Source of the DNA: a virus
Taxonomy: Duplodnaviria > Heunggongvirae > Uroviricota > Caudoviricetes
Direction: 5' to 3' (one strand)
IMG/VR virus record: IMGVR_UViG_2029527006_000005
DNA length: 64,000 nucleotides
The notes under the pieces are model-generated. The model saw nothing but the letters and a program-made list of their open reading frames with translations. It was not told the DNA's origin and made no database searches. Below, one piece after another: positions 30,443 through 37,751 of the stretch. Position 1 is the stretch's first letter. Each line of letters opens with the position of its first letter. The translations under genes were made by a program, and so were the position numbers.

Positions 30443-30685
30443 TTAGCAGTACAAGGATTCTTTATTCCAAGCCCCTGCAATGGGTTTTAGAGCGGTAGGA
30501 TCGAGTGCTATCACCTCTTTGCGGAAAACAATATAATTGATTTCCTTGTGATATACTACCCGCTCATACATTTTCCCGCCTACAATGAAACATACATACC
30601 CGCTCCAGTGTGGTTTATCACCTACTGTTACCATAGAGCGACGGGCGGTAGTGTTTGGGTCGATGAGTTGGTCAATAGTTCGCAT
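30443..30685 (-). CDS. Hypothetical protein
   Basis: Start MRTID after GAGG. Confidence 0.75.
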   Translation of the reverse strand: MRTIDQLIDPNTTARRSMVTVGDKPHWSGYVCFIVGGKMYERVVYHKEINYIVFRKEVIALDPTALKPIAGAWNKESLYC

Positions 30686-30750
30686 TGCTTTTCCTCTTTG
30701 CTTAATGTAGGGATATGATACCATATCCCCGTAATGTGTCAAGTACTTTT

Positions 30751-31131
30751 TTATACTGCTACAGATGTAACAATACGGCAATCATCACCAAGTACTTCTA
30801 CAATTTCTTTCAAAGTCAAGGTAAATTTTACCTTCCCGTTCGCTTTCAGTACTTGCACCTCATTAGGCCAGATGCCACCGCAACGGAAATAGTAGTCACG
30901 GCAAAACTTCAAAAGAGCTTGACAAAGAAACGCATCTTTGTTAAGTTCACGGCGATTAACTACGCGGGTAGTGATCCCCTCCGCTTTGTAGTCTGCCATT
31001 GTTTCTTTTGCGTCTTTGCTGCTAGTCGCTTCGCCAACGTCAGCCCATCCATAAGTAGGCACGTATTCCTGTACCATCTTAACAGTACTGAATTTGTTAA
31101 AGGTCTGTGCTGGAGTGATTTGATTAGGCAT
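30751..31131 (-). CDS. Hypothetical protein
   Basis: Own promoter; strand consistent with neighbours. Confidence 0.75.
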   Translation of the reverse strand: MPNQITPAQTFNKFSTVKMVQEYVPTYGWADVGEATSSKDAKETMADYKAEGITTRVVNRRELNKDAFLCQALLKFCRDYYFRCGGIWPNEVQVLKANGKVKFTLTLKEIVEVLGDDCRIVTSVAV

Positions 31132-31215
31132 AGTAATATTCTCTTAATAGTGTTTCGTTTCGATAAAGTCATTATGCCAGTACTCGATCAGTATGTCAAG
31201 TACTGGAGTAAAACT

Positions 31216-31419
31216 TTATACGCCGTAGATCAAATTACTTGCTTTCCACTTCCCATCTACTTTACGATGAGTCTCGATAAACATGTTATTGATTGGTGAA
31301 CGATACCCGATCAAGTCACAACCGTTTCGTGTTGCGGAGATCTTAGCACCTTTCTCAGTCAGACCAGTTTCATTGAATACTGACATGTAAACAAAACCCC
31401 ATACCTTTTGCATCTTCAT
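31216..31419 (-). CDS. Hypothetical protein
   Basis: Cassette A upstream. Confidence 0.75.
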   Translation of the reverse strand: MKMQKVWGFVYMSVFNETGLTEKGAKISATRNGCDLIGYRSPINNMFIETHRKVDGKWKASNLIYGV

Positions 31420-31522
31420 TTCCTTAATTAATGGGGGAAGATGTTTCCCCCTATGCAAAACATTATACAGTACTGCAAAAGTAATGCAAGTACGTTCTTC
31501 AAATAATATTCAGAAAAAGATG

Positions 31523-31646
31523 TTGACAAGCTGGTGGAGTACTGGCATAATACACGCATAGACAAAAACTAACCCACAGGGTGCAGCAGTCCGTCTGTAT
31601 GATTTAGTACTGTACAAATAAACAGGGGAAGCAATTGCCTCCCCTT
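31523..31646 (+). promoter_or_regulatory. Promoter-CCCACAGGGTG-LexA box-hairpin unit 9 (Chi in spacer)
   Basis: TTGACA-17-CATAAT; motif 31573; LexA box 31610-31625. Confidence 0.85.
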
Positions 31647-31650
31647 CGTG

Positions 31651-31884
31651 TTATTCTTTCAGAAGTTCAAAGTCGCCGTGGGTCAAATCTTCTGGTTCCC
31701 AATCGATCACGTTCCCGATCACGTTCCCGCTTTGAATGTCAACCACTTCACGGGAGGACTCAAAAATTTCGTATTGCCCAGTAGTTAAACCTTCTAGTAC
31801 TTGTTGTTCTGTCAGTGATGAATCCACCAGCTTGATTGACACGGAAACCATTTCTTTACGCACGAAACCAATTGAGATTGCCAT
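31651..31884 (-). CDS. Hypothetical protein
   Basis: Cassette A upstream. Confidence 0.75.
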   Translation of the reverse strand: MAISIGFVRKEMVSVSIKLVDSSLTEQQVLEGLTTGQYEIFESSREVVDIQSGNVIGNVIDWEPEDLTHGDFELLKE

Positions 31885-31966
31885 GATTCTTTTCCTTAAT
31901 AGTGGGAGAGAACTATTTCCCTCCCTATGCAAAACATTATACAGTACTGAATGAGTAATGCAAGTA

Positions 31967-32227
31967 TTATCTCATAGATCTATGCCAACAATTTCTAGGA
32001 TCTCTTTTGAAAGTACTATCATGATCCGCTTGACATTCTACGCAGTACTTGCAACCCTTAACAGCTTCACGCCTACGCTCAGGAATAGCCCTAGAACAGT
32101 CTAGGCAGTGCGTTCTACTTTCGGTAGTACTATCCCCTAGCTGTTTCCTTGCGTGGCGTATGGCGGCGTTTAGAACGGCCTGAATCTCTTCTTGCTCTGC
32201 ACCATCTTTTGCAAAACCTACTGCCAT
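31967..32227 (-). CDS. DksA/TraR family C4 zinc-finger protein (YbiI-like)
   Basis: MAVGFAKDGAEQEEI; CLDC...IPERRREAVKGCKYCVECQ. Confidence 0.9.
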   Translation of the reverse strand: MAVGFAKDGAEQEEIQAVLNAAIRHARKQLGDSTTESRTHCLDCSRAIPERRREAVKGCKYCVECQADHDSTFKRDPRNCWHRSMR

Positions 32228-32283
32228 AAATCCCCCAATAAAAAAGGCTACCAAGTGGTAGCCTTTTGTGTTAAGCTGTTAAG

Positions 32284-32907
32284 TTATTCAGCGAAAGCGG
32301 CTGCTGCTGCTTCTTTATCCACTGCGTGAGCAAGGATAAAATCTTTATGGGTAGTGTACCCGCCAGCGGTCATAGCGTCTTTGAGTACCTGCACCATGTT
32401 ACCAGAAGTTGGCATGTTGTACTGTTTGCCGTCAACCGTTACAGGGATGCGGGTAAAGGTGTATTTTGGCTCTTTGTTAACATCGCCGTACTTCTTAGCG
32501 ATTGCCGCCGTTGCTGCCGCTTCTGCCGCTTCGAGGTCAAGACCCATGCCGTTTACAGTGTCCATGAGGAACTTGAGCATGTTTTCTTTTTCTACTTTGA
32601 TTTCTTCGTCACGTTTGGCGATTTCAGCGAGGCGATCCGCTTTCTTCGCTTCACGGCGTTGTGCTGCTTCTTCTGCCGCCTGTGCCGCCGCTTTTGCGTT
32701 CTCTTTGAGTACTTCTTTCGCGTCTTTAACTGCGAGGGAGAAAGTCATACCCAATTTAGATACGCCGTCTTTGTCGCCGCCAATCTTCGCGAGGATAATC
32801 GCGAGTGCTTTGTGATCACCAGCTTCGAGAGCGGATTTAAGGGTTACACGTGATGCTGCTTCTGCGTTGTTGGTAGCGGTGTTTGCGTTAGTGTTGATAG
32901 TAGTCAT
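32284..32907 (-). CDS. Ala/Lys-rich coiled-coil protein, possible H-NS-like nucleoid protein
   Basis: Coiled coil plus a C-terminus that aligns by eye to the H-NS DNA-binding domain; strong promoter and terminator. Confidence 0.5.
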   Translation of the reverse strand: MTTINTNANTATNNAEAASRVTLKSALEAGDHKALAIILAKIGGDKDGVSKLGMTFSLAVKDAKEVLKENAKAAAQAAEEAAQRREAKKADRLAEIAKRDEEIKVEKENMLKFLMDTVNGMGLDLEAAEAAATAAIAKKYGDVNKEPKYTFTRIPVTVDGKQYNMPTSGNMVQVLKDAMTAGGYTTHKDFILAHAVDKEAAAAAFAE

Positions 32908-33305
32908 TTGTATTTCCTCTTAAAGTTTAGTTAGGTTGTTTGCTGTCTACGTGGTCATTATCTCAATTTCCCACCAGCTTGTCAAGTACTTTTTAAAACT
33001 CTTTTCAATCTTTCTTTCCGAGTCAGCACCAGATATTCATACGACTTACTGGCTGTCTACTTAGGGAAGTTAATCTGTCCCGCCGCTCTATGTGATACAG
33101 TATGCCTGTTTCCGTTCCATCCGTCAAGTACTTTTTAAGAGATTGACAATCTTTTTTTCATTTTCCTTATATTTCAGTACTAAAGCATAACGCCACCAGC
33201 AAGCCTATAACGCGTTTAAAGTACTGCCCTAATATGTTTGCTTGCATTATTCGTTGAACGGCTTATAGAGCGATACAGAGCGTTTAAATTCATTTGAAAA
33301 AGATG

Positions 33306-33430
33306 TTGACAGTACTGATCAAATCCTGTATTATGTATCTCATGAAAACAAGCTAACCCATAGGGTGCAGCAGTCCGTCTATAGGATTTAGTACTGTACA
33401 AAATAACAGGGGAAGCAATTGCCTCCCCTT
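33306..33430 (+). promoter_or_regulatory. Promoter-CCCATAGGGTG-LexA box-hairpin unit 10
   Basis: TTGACA-17-TATTAT; motif 33357; CTGTACAAAATAACAG 33394-33409. Confidence 0.85.
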
Positions 33431-33439
33431 GTGTTATCA

Positions 33440-33886
33440 TTACGCCCAGATATCACCGCCGATCTTCTGGCAAATGCTAGTACTGACATAGTTGCAATTC
33501 ATAAGCTCATTGGTTGTGAACAATCCACTGTAGGAGTCTGCCCCGATCTTGATACGCTTTTCAACGTGAATACGGGAACAGAAAAATACTTGCTTACTGG
33601 TAGTAACCCAAATGCTAGTGCCTAATTCAAAGTGCTGTTGTTCTTCTGGTAGTTGGCGAGTCTCTATCTCGATATGATACCAGTCTTGCAACGGACGGCC
33701 TTTGTAAAAATTGAAGTGATCAATGACCGTTTCCAGATTCGTTTCAGTATCTACTACCGACACGATCACGGCCTCTTTCTCTTCCATTTGCAGTACTGCC
33801 ATTGCTTCATGTACAGTGTTTGCGGTTACGTTAGCATCGGTTACGTTGCCGTCTGGAGTCTTGAAAGTCAGGTAGTAGATAGTCAT
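33440..33886 (-). CDS. Hypothetical protein
   Basis: Cassette A upstream. Confidence 0.8.
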   Translation of the reverse strand: MTIYYLTFKTPDGNVTDANVTANTVHEAMAVLQMEEKEAVIVSVVDTETNLETVIDHFNFYKGRPLQDWYHIEIETRQLPEEQQHFELGTSIWVTTSKQVFFCSRIHVEKRIKIGADSYSGLFTTNELMNCNYVSTSICQKIGGDIWA

Positions 33887-33969
33887 TTTCGTTTCTCTTA
33901 ATAGTGGGGGAAGATGTTCCCCCTATGCAAATCATTATACGCTTATCAGGGAGTAATGCAAGTACTTTC

Positions 33970-34587
33970 TTATGCAATTCCCAAAACTTCGCCCGCCTGA
34001 TTTACTTTAAAATCGTATTCATTAGCTTCGATAGTAGACCAAAGTGCTTCATCACTTGATTGATAATCATTCTCATCATCAAGCTCTTTATAAACTTTGC
34101 TTGACAAGTCGCGAATTGTATCAGTCAAAAACTCTTCCAGTACTTCACTCGCTAAAACTTGTTTGTGTGTAAAGTCGATATTATAATCAAGCTCTACGCT
34201 ACCGCTTACAGTGTTTTCGTGACTGTAGCGGGAAGATCCACGGTTTACTTTCGCGTGAATCTCTTCATCGGCAATGATACGATGCAAGCGACGGAATTTA
34301 GACCACGCTTTAACCTTGCGTAAAAACTTCTCAAGATTGATATAGTAGTCAGTACTGATAGATGCACCGTCGCCCTGTGAGCAAAAACCAGACCATTCGA
34401 TCTCTGCATTATAAATGCCGTATTCAGTGTCTAAATCCGCTTTCCACTGATCAGTAATATCTACAGACCAATAAGGGGTAGAGTCCTGATTCTCTAACGC
34501 TCGCATAATCTCAATTGCCTGTGCTTTCTGTGCTTCATTCAGTGCGTCATAAGATACTGCTTTGATAACGTCGATGATGTTTTCCAT
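33970..34587 (-). CDS. Acidic hypothetical protein with WSGFCSQGDGAS motif
   Basis: Motif shared with a widespread phage/plasmid family of unclear function. Confidence 0.75.
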   Translation of the reverse strand: MENIIDVIKAVSYDALNEAQKAQAIEIMRALENQDSTPYWSVDITDQWKADLDTEYGIYNAEIEWSGFCSQGDGASISTDYYINLEKFLRKVKAWSKFRRLHRIIADEEIHAKVNRGSSRYSHENTVSGSVELDYNIDFTHKQVLASEVLEEFLTDTIRDLSSKVYKELDDENDYQSSDEALWSTIEANEYDFKVNQAGEVLGIA

Positions 34588-34671
34588 AATGCTTTCCTTA
34601 ATGAGTTGTTTCGTTTGTATGTAAGTATTATAAAGTACTCGCAGAATAAAGCAAGTACTTTTAATACTAAC

Positions 34672-34914
34672 TTACAAAGTACCGTTAGCGATCATTTCGT
34701 CGGCATTCATAAAGGCCGTTACTTTGTATTCTGAAATATCCACACAAGGGCAAACAAAACGCTCAAGGTATACAATAGTGCAGTACTGATAACCCTCACG
34801 CTCAAAGAAGCGACTAAGCAGATCGTGCAAGTGGTTGGCGTTATCTTCTGATACTACAACCGCATAAACAATCGCCTTACCTACTGTTGGAGTCATTTTA
34901 ACAATGCGTAACAT
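34672..34914 (-). CDS. Hypothetical protein
   Basis: AAGGA RBS, own promoter. Confidence 0.75.
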   Translation of the reverse strand: MLRIVKMTPTVGKAIVYAVVVSEDNANHLHDLLSRFFEREGYQYCTIVYLERFVCPCVDISEYKVTAFMNADEMIANGTL

Positions 34915-35065
34915 GTTATTTCCTTAATGTGTTTGTGTGTCTCGTTTCGATGTAGCTATTATGCAATAGGTAGAAATAGAATGCAAGTACTTTCTCAATT
35001 CTTTTTTTATCCTTCCTTATATACATATAGTACTAAATTATTTTCGATTTTCTTTTAAAAAGATG

Positions 35066-35264
35066 TTGACTCCAGCACAGGAAACCCGTATAATGTTTTA
35101 CATGGAGGCGAAACTCCCGAACCCACAGGGTGCGGAAATGTATCATATGAGCGAAATGATAATCATTCGCATTTAAAAAATTAAGGACAGACCCCCGCAC
35201 CCTGTGGGCTTGAGCATTGTTCTTGCTATGTGTATATAATATCAAAGTACTGGCAACGTGTCAA
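35066..35264. promoter_or_regulatory. Convergent pair of promoter-CCCACAGGGTG units 11 and 12 around a Fur box
   Basis: Plus TTGACT-17-TATAAT, minus TTGACA-17-TATTAT; AATGATAATCATT core at 35155-35167. Confidence 0.85.
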
Positions 35265-35406
35265 CAACTTTTTTGCAAAAATAAATGCTTGACATTCCCC
35301 CCAGATATTGAGACAATAGCCGTGAACAAAAAAAGCTGATTTGCGATACTGCCGGGAATTATATCTCGACGCGGTAGGCTAGCCAATGGAAAAAACAGGC
35401 CAGTAC

Positions 35407-35526
35407 TGCAAACGATAATCATTATCATTCTCATCAGCAAATGAGAATCAATATCATTCGCAAATGCAAATGAGAACTATTCGCACCTGAGAACCATTCT
35501 CAAAAGGAGAACGCTTATCATTCGCA
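35407..35526. promoter_or_regulatory. Cluster of Fur-box-like sites
   Basis: 35414-35432 matches 17/19 on the minus strand; further AATGAGAATC/ATCATTCGC repeats. Confidence 0.7.
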
Positions 35527-35779
35527 CAAACGCAACTAGCACAACTACGCCCAAAATCCGTCCAGAGTACAGGACAAGTACACCCAAAATCCATCCAACA
35601 TTTCTCACCCTAAAAAGTAACCAGTACTACAATAGTCTTCTCATTCTTGTGGAGTAACTGTTGCAGTACTGGAAAGCGAATATAGTTCATTTCTTACAGT
35701 GGGGATTCTCCCTTCTTATTATTCTTACCTTTACTGTCCTCTATACACTAGAGGCTCATTTGAATTCACTTAATATCAG

Positions 35780-36363
35780 TACTGAATACGTGCACAGTAA
35801 GCAGTACTGTTTAGCCTTTTATCTTACAAGAGGTCAGGAGTGTCCGACTTCACCATCGCCCTATGACAACTATTATGCCTAAAACCCACCAGCATGTCAA
35901 CAACTATTTTTCAGTACTGATACTGTTAATTCATCCAGTACTGGTATTATGTACATACACGTACACGCAGGGTGGATTCCCAGCTATGACATGTTACCAT
36001 AGTTCCGCTAACGTGTCAAGTACTTTTGGAGGATCGGCTAACGCGTTGGTGAGTACTCGAACATTGGGCTGAAGGTTGGTAGGTACTCCAAAATTTCTAG
36101 GATCGAGATTTAGGATGGAGTACTTTCCAGATTTTAGCTGAAGGGTGGATGGTACTTTCCCTGAAAGGTGAAAGGGCTTTTACAAAACAAGGTACAAGTA
36201 CTTTTCAGTACTTTATACTTCTCTTTAAAGAGAAGATATAGCGGAAGGGGTCAGTACTGAAGGGTGTGACGCGTGAGTGCTATACTGTAGCTCTCTATGA
36301 TAGTTGCATCTGTAACTAATCCCCTGAGCTTTTTAAAAATAAAAATACTGTACACCTTAACAG
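35780..36363. promoter_or_regulatory. Three further LexA (SOS)-box-like sites
   Basis: TACTG-N10-CAGTA at 35780-35799 and 35921-35940; CTGT-N8-ACAG at 36348-36363. Confidence 0.65.
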
Positions 36364-36559
36364 TTGGGTATTTTTACAGGTGTTGAATCCTTTCGATAAG
36401 CTCCTGTGAGTCGCAATCTACAGGAGCGACACCTGTACTATGTAGTACTGAAGTCTTGTCTACGGGCTTCCTATGCGTTCTGGTGTGGTATGGTATAGGA
36501 TGTTCTTTGTGGTGTCTATAGGGTAAATATGTTATAATGATAATTATATAGGGGGATAT

Positions 36560-37678
36560 ATGATACCTTTTGCGAGGATAGTTACTTACGGGAATGTAGT
36601 ACAAAGAGTTCAGATAGTTAAGGTTATCTGTTCATATTCCAACGTATACGTTTTGTACGGTGATGGTGAGTTATATGGATGTGGGGCTAATAACACGTTA
36701 CAATTAAACGTAGCTGGTACACAAACACGTAAGGATTGGGTATTAGTTGCTAGTGGTGTACAAGATGCTTGGTGTGGTGCATATAGTGTAGTATATTATA
36801 ATGGTAGTACCTACCGTATGCATGGTAGTATTTTGCCACTTGGAAGTACTTCAGGATCTACGACAATAGCGTTGGGTGGTATAGATGTAACTAGTACGTT
36901 CCCTGCATATAATGTTGTACGGGATATAACGGTGGGTCAAGAGACTATGCACTACCTTCACTCTAATGGATATGTCATATATGGTCGTGGAAACAATGCT
37001 ACTTTATATACATTAGGAGGTGGTATTACTAGTGCACAGAATACATTTACTAGTGTAATGACGCTTGGTGGTGCTACTATAGTTGATATGTATGAAACAC
37101 AAGATGATACTGTATTTTTAACTAGTACAGGAGATGTACGGGCATGTGGTAAGAGTACTTATGGTGCGATTGGATTACCTGCTGGGGGTTATGCGACGAT
37201 GTTAGTAAGGACGAGTTCTGCTTCATTGATTGGTGGTAACTCTATGAGTACTATAGTTTATAAAGGTGGTGGTATTATAGATTATGCGGGTTGGCAGTAC
37301 AATGGTCAATTGGGTAATGGATTAGCTACTAACGTACAGGTAACTTCTTTTACGAGGAATAGTACTGGTGTTGACACTGATATTCATAAAATAGGGAAGT
37401 CACAAACTGGATCATATATTAATATGTTTGCTACTACTGGTGGTGATATATATACAACGGGTATATTTGGTCGAAATGGGACGAATTCGGCATTAAGTTC
37501 ATGGACGAAGACATTAACGGTTCCGAATTACGATCCTGAAAAGTCTGCGTTATATATGTGTTCTAACTTCACGTTAGTATACGATGGTGTTAGTAAGATT
37601 TATGTTACTGGTAGTCCTGTGTATTTGCCGGGAAGTATATCATCGGTGCAGTGGGATGAGCTTCAAATGCCGAGATAA
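36560..37678 (+). CDS. MIPF-family RCC1/BLIP-II-like beta-propeller protein
   Basis: MIPFARIVTYGN; GELYGCGANN, GQLG repeats. Confidence 0.8.
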   Translation: MIPFARIVTYGNVVQRVQIVKVICSYSNVYVLYGDGELYGCGANNTLQLNVAGTQTRKDWVLVASGVQDAWCGAYSVVYYNGSTYRMHGSILPLGSTSGSTTIALGGIDVTSTFPAYNVVRDITVGQETMHYLHSNGYVIYGRGNNATLYTLGGGITSAQNTFTSVMTLGGATIVDMYETQDDTVFLTSTGDVRACGKSTYGAIGLPAGGYATMLVRTSSASLIGGNSMSTIVYKGGGIIDYAGWQYNGQLGNGLATNVQVTSFTRNSTGVDTDIHKIGKSQTGSYINMFATTGGDIYTTGIFGRNGTNSALSSWTKTLTVPNYDPEKSALYMCSNFTLVYDGVSKIYVTGSPVYLPGSISSVQWDELQMPR

Positions 37679-37682
37679 TAAT

Positions 37683-37713
37683 AGGTCAGTACAGGAGTGT
37701 ACTGGCCTTTTTT
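37683..37713 (+). terminator. Intrinsic terminator (repeated at 42172-42204 and 44532-44563)
   Basis: GGYCAGTAC...GTACTGGCC followed by T tract. Confidence 0.85.
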
Positions 37714-37751
37714 GGTTAAATATGATATAATGATTAATTATGGGGGATTAT

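Larger units (their letters stand above)
16660..33968 (-). repeat. Dispersed cassette A (about 12 copies): AGTACTTGCA -35, TATAAT -10, 5' GGGG..CCCC hairpin, TAATTAAGGA-type RBS
   Basis: Copies near 16660, 17367, 18030, 22183 (partial), 25611, 26038, 26880, 27940, 28638, 31420, 31892, 33893; three share an identical stretch of about 43 bp. Confidence 0.9.

Noticed and set aside
16795-35208. CsrA/RsmA sponge or ToxI-mimic RNA for the CCCACAGGGTG units
   Set aside because: Motif has GGGTG rather than looped GGA, occurs once per unit, and has no tandem 36-nt repeat structure
29789-35245. Short ORFs running through the promoter-motif units (29789..29998, 33216..33440, 35033..35245) and shared N-terminal extensions such as THRV or GLTxVxPF
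   Set aside because: They begin inside promoter hexamers without an RBS; the shared peptide words merely translate the DNA repeats
16660-35264. CRISPR array or CRISPR-repeat mimic explanation for the repeats
   Set aside because: Repeats are separated by whole genes, not 30-40 bp spacers; no resemblance to I-E or I-F repeats; no cas genes
96-35882. Plus-strand ORFs in the track (e.g. 96..431, 16802..17104, 18151..18564, 30715..31299, 32326..32853) and similar ones beyond 50 kb
   Set aside because: Antisense shadows of well-supported minus-strand genes, or spans across promoter elements; no RBS
36298-36320. Tus/Ter site
   Set aside because: Only TGTAACTAA matches; the upstream AGTATGT core is absent
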